From the NCBI GenBank assembly GCA_963843975.1, contig CAWJMG010000003.1:1230001-1262000 (forward strand): 32,000 nucleotides of DNA, in the 5' to 3' direction. Shown in pieces: positions 19,961 to 27,816 of the stretch (the first letter of the stretch is position 1; each line of letters opens with the position of its first letter). The stretch is from an uncultured Actinomycetes bacterium. GTDB lineage: Bacteria > Actinomycetota > Actinomycetes > S36-B12 > CAIYMF01. Below the pieces are notes generated by a model, which made no database searches, was not told the origin of the DNA, and worked only from the letters and a program-made list of their open reading frames with translations. The position numbers and the translations under genes are program-made.

Positions 19961-21202
19961 ATGACCTCCGCACCCCGCCGCGTCGTCGTCACCGGACTCG
20001 GTGCCACGACCCCCGTCGGTGGCGACGTCCCCTCGACGTGGGAGGGCCTGCTCGCCGGCCGGTCCGGCGTCCGCCTGGTCGAGGACGAGCGGTTCGCCGA
20101 CCTCCCCGTCCGGTTCGCGGGGCAGGTGGCCGTCGACCCCAGCGAGGTGATGGACCGCGTCGAGGCACGCAAGCTCGATCGCTCCCAGCAGCTGGCGCTC
20201 ATCGCCTCGCGCGAGGCGTGGAAGGACGCCGGCTCGCCCGAGATCGACCCGCTGCGCCTCGGCGTCGCCGTCGCCACGGGCATCGGCGGCATTGTGAGCC
20301 TGCTCGACAACTACGACATCCTCAACACCCGCGGCTGGAGCCGCGTGTCGCCGATGTCGGTCCCCCAGCTCATGCCGAACGGCGCCGCCGCCTGGGTCGG
20401 TCTCGACCTCGGCGCGCAGGCCGGCATCCACACGCCGGTGAGCGCCTGCGCGTCGGGCGCCGAGGCCGTGCACACCGGCGCGGAGATGATCCGCAGCGGT
20501 CGCGCCGACATCGTGATGACCGGCGGCACCGAGGCCTGCATCCACCCGATCACCATCGCCGCGTTCGCCGCGATGCGCGCCCTCTCCACCCGCAACGACG
20601 AGCCCGAGCGCGCCAGCCGCCCCTACGACAAGGGCCGCGACGGCTTCGTCATGGGCGAGGGCGCCGGCTGCCTCGTGCTCGAGGACTACGACCACGCCGT
20701 GGCGCGCGGAGCCAGGATCTACGCCGAGGTGGCCGGGGTCGGCCTGTCGGCCGACGGCCACCACATCGCGCAGCCCGAGCCCGAGGGCCGGGGCGCGACC
20801 CGCGCGATCACCTCGGCGCTCGAGGCCTCCGGCGTCGCGGCGTCCGACATCCTCCACGTGAACGCGCACGCCACCTCGACGCCGCTGGGCGACATCGCCG
20901 AGTCGCTCGCGATCCGCACCGCGCTCGGCGCGGCCTCCGACGGCGTCGTGGTCAGCGGCACCAAGTCCATGACCGGCCACCTGCTCGGCGGCGCGGGCGC
21001 CGTCGAGTCCGTGGCCGCGATCCTCGCCCTGCGCGACCGGCTCGCACCGCCCACCGCCAACCTCGAGGACTTCGACGACGAGATCGGCCTCGACGTCGCG
21101 TACGGCGCTCCGCGCGAGCTCCGCTCCGGCGACGCCGCGGTGCTCAACAACTCGTTCGGGTTCGGCGGCCACAACGTCGCCCTCGTCTTCCGGAGCATCT
21201 GA
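19961..21202 (+). CDS. fabF: 3-oxoacyl-ACP synthase II
   Basis: ATG 19961 preceded by GAAGGAG. KAS I/II motifs (PVSACASGAEA active-site Cys, HATSTPLGD, GHLLGGAG, NSFGFGGHN). 413 aa. Confidence 0.9.
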   Translation: MTSAPRRVVVTGLGATTPVGGDVPSTWEGLLAGRSGVRLVEDERFADLPVRFAGQVAVDPSEVMDRVEARKLDRSQQLALIASREAWKDAGSPEIDPLRLGVAVATGIGGIVSLLDNYDILNTRGWSRVSPMSVPQLMPNGAAAWVGLDLGAQAGIHTPVSACASGAEAVHTGAEMIRSGRADIVMTGGTEACIHPITIAAFAAMRALSTRNDEPERASRPYDKGRDGFVMGEGAGCLVLEDYDHAVARGARIYAEVAGVGLSADGHHIAQPEPEGRGATRAITSALEASGVAASDILHVNAHATSTPLGDIAESLAIRTALGAASDGVVVSGTKSMTGHLLGGAGAVESVAAILALRDRLAPPTANLEDFDDEIGLDVAYGAPRELRSGDAAVLNNSFGFGGHNVALVFRSI

Positions 21203-22629
21203 TGACCGCAGTCGCCGGCGCCGACGTCGAGGTCACCGACCTCGACCCGCGCCACCCGCTCGTCCGCCTCGAGGCCTTCCTCGACGACGGCACGATGGAG
21301 CTCATCTCCGCCGTCGACGACTGCGGCGTCATCGCCGCCCGCGGCATCGCGCACGGCACCCCCGTCGTCGTGTTCTGCACCGACCCCACGGTGCAGGGCG
21401 GCGCTATGGGCATCCAGGGCTGCAAGGTCATCGTCGATGCGTACGAGAAGGCCTCGGCCGCCAGCGTCCCGATCGTCGGTCTGTGGCACTCCGGCGGCGC
21501 CCGCCTCCGCGAGGGTGTCGAGAGCCTGCAGGCCGTCGGCCTGGTCTTCGCGATCATGACCCGCGTCTCGGGCCGGATCCCGCAGGTCTCGGTCGTGCTC
21601 GGCCCCGCCGCCGGTGGTGCGGCGTACGGCCCGGCCCTCACCGACGTCGTCGTGCTCGGCCCCGAGGGCCGCGTGTTCGTCACCGGTCCGGACGTCGTCC
21701 GGTCGGTCACGGGCGAGGACGTCGACATGCTGCGCCTCGGCGGTCCCGAGCCGCACGGCCGTCGCTCCGGCGTCGTGCACGTCGTGTCCGCCACCGAGCG
21801 CCAGGCGCTCGACGACGGCGCCCGCCTCGCCTCGCTGCTCGGCACCCACGGAACCCTCAACGTCACCGCGGTGGCCGACGTCGACCTCGCCGCGCTCATG
21901 CCCGAGAACATCAAGCGCGCGTACGACGTCCACCCCATCGTGGACGCCCTGCTCGACGAGGGCACCGCGCTCGAGCTGCACCCCCGCTGGGCACCCAACA
22001 TCGTCACCACCCTCGGTCGCCTCGGCGGGCGTGCGGTCGGCGTCATCGCCAACAACCCGCTGCGCCTCGGCGGCTGCCTCGACGCGACGAGCGCCGAGAA
22101 GGCTGCCCGCTTCGTGCGCATGTGCGACGCGTTCGGCGTGCCGCTCGTCGTCGTCGTGGACGTGCCGGGCTACCTCCCCGGCGTCGGCCAGGAGTGGGAC
22201 GGCGTCGTGCGCCGCGGCGCCAAGCTGCTGCACGCGTTCGCCGAGGCCGAGGTGCCGCGCGTGACCGTCGTGACCCGCAAGGCCTTCGGCGGCGCCTACA
22301 TCGCCATGAACGCTCGCGCGCTCGGCGCCACGAAGGTCTTCGCCTGGCCCGACGCACAGGTCGCCGTCATGGGAGCCGTGGCGGCCGTGCGCATCCTGCA
22401 CCGCCGCAAGCTCGCCGAGGTGCCGGCCGACGCCCGCACCCAGGTCGAGAACGAGCTGGCCGAGGAGCACACCCGCATCGCGGGCGGCGTCGAGAAGGCG
22501 GTCGCGATCGGCGTCGTCGACGAGGTCGTCACACCGCAGACCACGCGCGGCGCGCTCGCCCGCGCCCTCGCCGACGCGCTCGCCGCCGACCCGGACATCC
22601 GCGGTCACCACGGCAACATCCCGCTCTAG
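21202..22629 (+). CDS. accD6: acyl-CoA carboxylase carboxyltransferase (beta) subunit, AccD6-like
   Basis: ATG 21202 shares its A with the fabF TGA (TGATG). 475 aa. Carboxyltransferase motifs (GGAMG, SGGARLREG, GPAAGGAAY, VVDVPGYLPG, GGAYIAM). Same operon position as M. tuberculosis accD6. Confidence 0.85.
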   Translation: MTAVAGADVEVTDLDPRHPLVRLEAFLDDGTMELISAVDDCGVIAARGIAHGTPVVVFCTDPTVQGGAMGIQGCKVIVDAYEKASAASVPIVGLWHSGGARLREGVESLQAVGLVFAIMTRVSGRIPQVSVVLGPAAGGAAYGPALTDVVVLGPEGRVFVTGPDVVRSVTGEDVDMLRLGGPEPHGRRSGVVHVVSATERQALDDGARLASLLGTHGTLNVTAVADVDLAALMPENIKRAYDVHPIVDALLDEGTALELHPRWAPNIVTTLGRLGGRAVGVIANNPLRLGGCLDATSAEKAARFVRMCDAFGVPLVVVVDVPGYLPGVGQEWDGVVRRGAKLLHAFAEAEVPRVTVVTRKAFGGAYIAMNARALGATKVFAWPDAQVAVMGAVAAVRILHRRKLAEVPADARTQVENELAEEHTRIAGGVEKAVAIGVVDEVVTPQTTRGALARALADALAADPDIRGHHGNIPL

Positions 22630-22694
22630 GCGGCCCCTGGCACCGGGGGCGAGGCGCTTCGGTGCTGGACCGCCCCGTCCCCGGCACGTGCACG

Positions 22695-22733
22695 CGAAGG
22701 ACCCCCCGACCGCGAGGTCCGGGGGGTCCTTCG
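22695..22733 (+). terminator. terminator-like hairpin after the FAS-II operon
   Basis: cgaaggaccccccgacc / ggtccggggggtccttcg form a 17-bp stem with one bulged base and loop gcga, followed by ttcttcc. Confidence 0.6.
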
Positions 22734-22771
22734 TTCTTCCCTCAGGGAGGAGGGGAGGTACGGCGGCGGCG

Positions 22772-23314
22772 CTAGACCACCTGGTGCAGCCAGCGGACGG
22801 GGGTGCCGTCCCCGGCGGTGCGGAAGGGCTCGAGCTCGACGTCCCAGGGACCGCCCAGCAGGATCTCGATCTCGTCCTCGACCGGCTCGCCGATCTCCAG
22901 TGCCCGGGCGATCGCGGCGCGGACGCGGTTCTCGCTGAGCATCACGTCGCCGGTCGGGCCGATCGCGGCGCGGTGGACGCCGAGGACCGGGGTGCCGGAG
23001 TAGCGCTCCCCCTCCGAGCCGGCGGTGGGCTCCTCGGTGACCTCGAACCGCAGCTTGCGCCAGCCCTGCAGGGCCGAGGCGATCCGGGCCGCGGTGCCGA
23101 CCGGTCCGGTCCAGCTGATGTCGGCGCGGACGGTGCCGCCCTGCACGGGCTGGGGCGACCAGTCGAGCTCGACCCGGGCGCCCAGGATGTCCGCGAGGGC
23201 CCACTCGACGTGGGTCGCCACAGCCCGGGGGCAGGAATGCACGAACACGACGCCACGGGTGACCCGTGCGCCGCGGGGCTCACGGGAGCCCGGGGTGCCA
23301 CTGCGTTCGGCCAT
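22772..23314 (-). CDS. DUF3145 family protein
   Basis: 180-aa ORF. VFVHSCPRAVATHVEWALADILG...LDWSPQP is typical of the actinobacterial DUF3145 family, which is commonly adjacent to the FAS-II/accD6 locus. Confidence 0.75.
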   Translation of the reverse strand: MAERSGTPGSREPRGARVTRGVVFVHSCPRAVATHVEWALADILGARVELDWSPQPVQGGTVRADISWTGPVGTAARIASALQGWRKLRFEVTEEPTAGSEGERYSGTPVLGVHRAAIGPTGDVMLSENRVRAAIARALEIGEPVEDEIEILLGGPWDVELEPFRTAGDGTPVRWLHQVV

Positions 23315-23639
23315 CGCCAGCTCTCTCTCGTGTCAGGGACGCCTTCCCCAGCGGCCTCACGAGGAGCACGAGCACGTACACGAACGCGAGGCAACGATAA
23401 CCTCCCGCGCCACGCCCGCACCACCCGCCACGCAGATGTCTGGCTTTCTGTAGCCGAATGAGTACGCTGTGTGACGTACGTCGACCTCCGGCGGTCTGTC
23501 ACCCGTCCGGACCAACTCCGCCCCCGCGCTTGGGTCCACGACCCCGACCTGCCGAAGGTGTGAGGGACGGCACCGCTCCCGCGGGGCCGTGGGGGACGTG
23601 CCGGCCTTGGCCGGCGCACGCAGAGGGGAGGACGTCGAC

Positions 23640-24065
23640 ATGTCGGACAGCGAGATCTTCATGACCGAGATGTACGACGAGGGCGTGGTCACCGAGGTGA
23701 TCCGGCCCGCCGCCATCGTGCCCGAGGAGTCCGCGCGAGCGATCCTCGTCGAGCTCGCGCTGCAGGACGTGCAGTACGGCGGGCTGTGGCTCTCCGACCC
23801 CTCGCGCTGGGCCCTCTACGACACCCCCTGGGCCGCGGCCGGCCAGCCGGGCGGATCCCAGCTCATCGGGTCGATCCAGGTCGCCTACGGCACGCCCACG
23901 CGGTACGAGATCACCATCTACCGCGCCACGGTGACCAAGCGGGGCACCGAGCTCGGCTGGACCGTGTCCTCCCTCTGCGACAAGGCCCTCGGCTACGGCT
24001 CGCTCGACCTCGCGACCTGCCCGCGCGCCTCGCTCACCGCACCGCCCAAGCCCTTCCACTTCTAG
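23640..24065 (+). CDS. hypothetical protein (conserved-looking, 141 aa)
   Basis: ATG 23640 preceded by GAGGGGAGGA. High GC3. I recognise no family. Confidence 0.6.
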   Translation: MSDSEIFMTEMYDEGVVTEVIRPAAIVPEESARAILVELALQDVQYGGLWLSDPSRWALYDTPWAAAGQPGGSQLIGSIQVAYGTPTRYEITIYRATVTKRGTELGWTVSSLCDKALGYGSLDLATCPRASLTAPPKPFHF

Positions 24066-24086
24066 TTCTAGAGGCCGGGCGTCGGG

Positions 24087-24188
24087 CTAGAACCAGCTCG
24101 CCCCGAGGAAGACCGCGCCGAGCATCGAGCCGAGGACGAGCACGCTCACGCCGACGACGACCCAGCGGGATCCCACGCGGCTGATCAC
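24087..24188 (-). CDS. possible 33-aa single-pass membrane peptide
   Basis: GTG 24188 to TAG 24087 gives VISRVGSRWVVVGVSVLVLGSMLGAVFLGASWF. 32 of 33 codons end in G/C and there is one clear TM helix. Too short for the ORF track. The RBS is weak. Confidence 0.35.
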   Translation of the reverse strand: MISRVGSRWVVVGVSVLVLGSMLGAVFLGASWF

Positions 24189-24299
24189 GCCCCGACCCTA
24201 GGCGAGCCGGGCTGCGGCTGCCTCCTGCAGGTCGATCCGCCCGGCGTGAGGCGGCCCTCGCCACGCTCAGCCGGCGCTCATACGCGGGCCCGGGGGCGT

Positions 24300-24321
24300 C
24301 TCACAGGTTCCTCACAGGAAC
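24300..24321 (+). promoter_or_regulatory. 11-bp-phased direct repeat (CTCACAGG x2) upstream of the flavoprotein/two-component operon; candidate OmpR-family response-regulator site
   Basis: ctcacaggttc / ctcacaggaac at 24300-24310 and 24311-24321, 9/11 identical, 20 nt upstream of ATG 24341. It also contains the inverted repeat gttcc-tcaca-ggaac. Confidence 0.35.
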
Positions 24322-24340
24322 GGCCGCCATCGTTCGTGTC

Positions 24341-25762
24341 ATGAGCAGTGCCACCCTCTCCCGCCGGACGTCGGCGACGCCTCCGGCGCCGGCCCGCCGC
24401 GACCGCCGTGCACGTCGTGCCGGCGACGTCGCCGTCGCGCTCGCCGGCGTCGGGCTCGGGCTCGTGGTGGGCATCCAGCTCGCCACCAGCACCGGCGTCG
24501 CGGGCCCGGGCGCGCTGCTCATCGAGCTCTCCCGCTGGGCCGGCCTCGTCGGCACCTACCTCGCACTGCTCGTCATCTTCCTCGTCGCCCGCGTCCCGGT
24601 CGTCGAGCGCGCCGTGGGCATGGACCGCATGATCTCGTGGCACCGCAAGCTGGGCCCGCTCTCGCTCGTGCTCGTCGCCGCGCACGTCGTCCTCGTCACC
24701 GCCGGGTACGGCGCCTCCGCCGCCACCTCGTTCCTGTCCCAGAGCTGGACGTTCCTCACGGTCTACCCGTGGCTGCTCCCGGCGTTCGCCGGCTTCGTCC
24801 TCATGCTCGTCGCCGGCATCACGTCCTGGCGCGTCGCGCGCCGCCATATGAAGTACGAGACCTGGTGGGTGACCCACCTGTACTTCTACCTCGCGATCGC
24901 GCTCGCCTACCTGCACCAGATCACCCTCGGCCAGCCGTTCGTCACGCACCAGTGGGCTCGCTGGGCCTGGATCGGCCTGTACGTCATCACGTTCGTCCCG
25001 CTCGTCGTCTTCCGCGTCGCGGCGCCGATCTGGCTCTCGCTGCGCCACAACCTGAAGGTGCACGCCGTCGTCCGCGAGAACGCCGACACCATCAGCATCT
25101 GGGTCAGCGGCCGCAACCTCGCCGCGCTCGACGTGCAGGGCGGCCAGTTCTTCGGCTGGCGCTTCCTCACCCGCCACCGCTGGTGGCAGTCGCACCCGTA
25201 CTCGCTGTCGATCGGCCAGGACGCGCGCTACCTGCGCATCACGGTGAAGGACCTCGGCGACCACAGCCGCAGCCTCGCCGGCCTGAAGCCGGGCACGCGC
25301 GTCATCGCCGAGGGGCCGTACGGCATCTTCATCGCCGAGGAGCGCCGTACCGACCGCGTCGTGCTCATCGCCGGCGGCGTGGGCGTCGCGCCGATCCGCT
25401 CGCTGCTCGACGACCTCCCGAGGCACGTCGCCGTCGACATCCTGTTCCGCGCGAGCCACCAGGAGGGCCTGGTGCTGCGCGAGGAGCTCGAGGCGATCGC
25501 ACGGTCCCGCCAGGGCGTGCGCCTGCGCTATCTCGTGGGCAGCCGCCGCGACTACCCGATGAACGCCCGCACCCTGCTGCACCTCGTGCCCGACGTCCGC
25601 AGCCGCGACATCTACACCTGCGGCCCAGACGCGCTCGTCGAGGCGGTCCGCGAGGCCTCGCACGTGCTGAAGATGCCGGCCGACCAGGTCCACGACGACT
25701 CGTTCTCGTTCCACTCCCCCGAGTACTACTCGTTCACCACGAAGAAGGAGGCCGTGCGATGA
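24341..25762 (+). CDS. ferric-reductase-like transmembrane domain protein fused to an FAD/NAD(P)-binding ferredoxin-reductase module
   Basis: 473-aa ORF. The N-terminal ~220 aa are polytopic with conserved His-containing helices. This is followed by an FAD-binding HPYSLS motif and an NAD(P)-binding GGVGVAP motif. No obvious SD sequence before the ATG, so it is possibly leaderless. Confidence 0.8.
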   Translation: MSSATLSRRTSATPPAPARRDRRARRAGDVAVALAGVGLGLVVGIQLATSTGVAGPGALLIELSRWAGLVGTYLALLVIFLVARVPVVERAVGMDRMISWHRKLGPLSLVLVAAHVVLVTAGYGASAATSFLSQSWTFLTVYPWLLPAFAGFVLMLVAGITSWRVARRHMKYETWWVTHLYFYLAIALAYLHQITLGQPFVTHQWARWAWIGLYVITFVPLVVFRVAAPIWLSLRHNLKVHAVVRENADTISIWVSGRNLAALDVQGGQFFGWRFLTRHRWWQSHPYSLSIGQDARYLRITVKDLGDHSRSLAGLKPGTRVIAEGPYGIFIAEERRTDRVVLIAGGVGVAPIRSLLDDLPRHVAVDILFRASHQEGLVLREELEAIARSRQGVRLRYLVGSRRDYPMNARTLLHLVPDVRSRDIYTCGPDALVEAVREASHVLKMPADQVHDDSFSFHSPEYYSFTTKKEAVR

Positions 25763-26247
25763 AGCGCGCGATCCTCGTCGGCGGAGGCACCCTCGCGGGC
25801 GTCGCGGCCGTCCTCGCCCTGAACCCCGACGCCGCCAGCACCGCCACCGCCTCGGCCGCCAAGACCCACGCGTCCTCCGGCACCTCGGCCGGGTCCTCGT
25901 CCGCCTCGGGCACGACTGCCACGCCCTCGGCGTCGGCGACGTCGGGCAGCTCGTCCGCGGCCGACGGCACCTACACCGGTGACGTCGTGGATGTCGGTCG
26001 CGGCTATGGCGACGTGCAGGTCGAGATCACCGTCACGGGCGGTCGAGTCGTCGACGTCCAGGCCCTCGCCGTACCGCAGAACGATCCGCGCAGCGCGCAG
26101 ATCAGCAACGTGGCGGTCCCCTACCTGGTCGACCAGGCGCTGCAGGCGCAGAGCGCCGACGTCGCCGGGGTCAGCGGGGCCACGTACACCTCGGTCGGCT
26201 TCGCGTCGTCGTTGAAGTCGGCGCTGGTCGCAGCAGGCCTGGCATGA
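25759..26247 (+). CDS. extracytoplasmic FMN-binding domain protein (ApbE substrate-type)
   Basis: ATG 25759 overlaps the upstream TGA (ATGA), with RBS GAAGGAG. N-terminal signal/anchor helix, Ser/Thr/Ala-rich linker, and an FMN_bind-like domain with flavinylation motif D-x-x-G-V-SGAT (SGAT at 26173-26184). Confidence 0.8.
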   Translation: MKRAILVGGGTLAGVAAVLALNPDAASTATASAAKTHASSGTSAGSSSASGTTATPSASATSGSSSAADGTYTGDVVDVGRGYGDVQVEITVTGGRVVDVQALAVPQNDPRSAQISNVAVPYLVDQALQAQSADVAGVSGATYTSVGFASSLKSALVAAGLA

Positions 26248-27050
26248 CCACCGCCCTGGTGCCCGGCACCGTCCGCACGCGCATGGAGCACGTGTGGAGC
26301 ACCGTCGTCACCCTCGACGTCCGCGACGAGCACGCCACCGACGCCGGGGTCGACGCCGCGTGGGAGTCGGTGCGCGCCGAGCTGCACCGCATCGACCGCG
26401 TGTTCTCCACCTTCCGCGAGGACAGCGTCGTCTCGCGCCTGCGTCGCGGCGGCCAGCAGGTCGTGGCCGACGACGTCGCCGACGTGATCGACCGATGCCT
26501 CGAGGCGCGTCGCCTCACCGAGGGCGCGTTCGACCCGTGGGCCGCGCCGGGAGGCTTCGACCCGAGCGGCCTCGTCAAGGGCTGGGCCGCCGACCGGTGC
26601 GCCGACATCGTGCGTCAGCACGGCTTCCGCTCGTTCTCGCTCGACGCCGCCGGCGACCTCGCCTGCCGCGGCCCGATCCCGGGCTCGTCGGCGTACCTCG
26701 GCTGGCCCATCGGCGTCGCGCACCCGGACGACCCGTTGGCGATCGCCCTCGTCGCCGACATCCGCGACGCCTCCATCGCGACGTCCGGCGTCAGCCAGCG
26801 CGGCGAGCACGTGATCGACCCGCGCACGGGCGAGGCCGCGCGTGGTGCCCGGCAGGCCACCGTGGTCGGCACCGACGGCGCGCTCACCGACGCGCTGGCC
26901 ACGGCGCTGCTCGTGTCCGGCCGCGAAGGTGCACGCTGGTTCGCGGCGCTGCCAGGATGGTCCGCGTACGTCGTCGACGGCGACACCACGACCGCCTGGG
27001 GTCCCGCCTTCACGACGTCCATCCCCGTTGCGGGGGGCGAGGAGCGATGA
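26244..27050 (+). CDS. apbE: FAD:protein FMN transferase (ApbE family)
   Basis: ATG 26244 overlaps the upstream TGA (ATGA). 268 aa with ApbE-like sequence (RIDRVFSTFREDSVVSRL, DPSGLVKGWAADR, IATSGVSQRG, HVIDPRTG). Confidence 0.85.
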   Translation: MTTALVPGTVRTRMEHVWSTVVTLDVRDEHATDAGVDAAWESVRAELHRIDRVFSTFREDSVVSRLRRGGQQVVADDVADVIDRCLEARRLTEGAFDPWAAPGGFDPSGLVKGWAADRCADIVRQHGFRSFSLDAAGDLACRGPIPGSSAYLGWPIGVAHPDDPLAIALVADIRDASIATSGVSQRGEHVIDPRTGEAARGARQATVVGTDGALTDALATALLVSGREGARWFAALPGWSAYVVDGDTTTAWGPAFTTSIPVAGGEER

Positions 27051-27814
27051 CAGTGACCAGCACGACGCGCACCGACGACACGGACCTGCCGCAGAGCTAT
27101 CTGCGTGCGGCCGACGGAGTCCCGCCCGTCCGCGTGCTCGTCGTCGACGACGAGCCCGACCTCGCCGACCTCGTCTCGACGGCGCTGCGCTTCGACGGCT
27201 GCCGCACCGCGACCGCGGGCGACGCCGACGAGGCGATGCGCGTGGCGCGCGACCTCCGCCCCGACATCGCCGTGCTCGACATGATGCTGCCCGGCGACGA
27301 CGGTGTGACCCTGCTCGGCCGCCTGCGCGCAGAGCACCCCGACCTGCCCGCGGTCTTCCTGACCGCGCGCGGCGACACGCGTGACCGCATCGCGGGCCTG
27401 CGCGCCGGTGCCGACGACTACATCGCCAAACCGTTCAGCCTCGAGGAGCTGCTCGCGCGGCTGCAGGCCGTGCTGCGCCGTACCGGCCGACTCGACGAGC
27501 GCGGCGCGGTGCTCACCGTCGCCGACCTGACCCTGGACGAGCTCACCCGCGAGGTCCGTCGCGCCGGAGAGCTGGTCGACCTGACGCCGACCGAGTTCGA
27601 CCTGCTGCGCTTCCTCATGCAGAACGCGCGCACCGTCGTCAGCAAGAGCCAGATCCTCGACCGCGTGTGGCACTACGACTTCGCCGGCCGCAGCAACATC
27701 GTCGAGCAGTACATCGGCTACCTGCGCAAGAAGGTCGACAGCGACAACGAGCCGCTCATCCACACGGTGCGCGGTGTCGGCTACGTCTTGCGCGCCCCGC
27801 GGGCAGGCGACTGA
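27047..27814 (+). CDS. OmpR/PhoB-family response regulator
   Basis: ATG 27047 overlaps the apbE TGA (ATGA). Receiver domain (VLVVDDEPD, phospho-acceptor region DIAVLDMMLPGDDG, K in DYIAKPF). Winged-helix C-terminus (TPTEFDLLRFLM...RGVGYVL). Confidence 0.9.
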   Translation: MTVTSTTRTDDTDLPQSYLRAADGVPPVRVLVVDDEPDLADLVSTALRFDGCRTATAGDADEAMRVARDLRPDIAVLDMMLPGDDGVTLLGRLRAEHPDLPAVFLTARGDTRDRIAGLRAGADDYIAKPFSLEELLARLQAVLRRTGRLDERGAVLTVADLTLDELTREVRRAGELVDLTPTEFDLLRFLMQNARTVVSKSQILDRVWHYDFAGRSNIVEQYIGYLRKKVDSDNEPLIHTVRGVGYVLRAPRAGD

Positions 27815-27816
27815 CC

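Noticed and set aside
20038-21201. The first ~388 residues of the 863-aa + ORF (20038-22629), which would give a giant fusion protein
   Set aside because: This part overlaps fabF out of frame and is RPRG-rich junk. The real carboxyltransferase begins at ATG 21202, coupled to the fabF stop.
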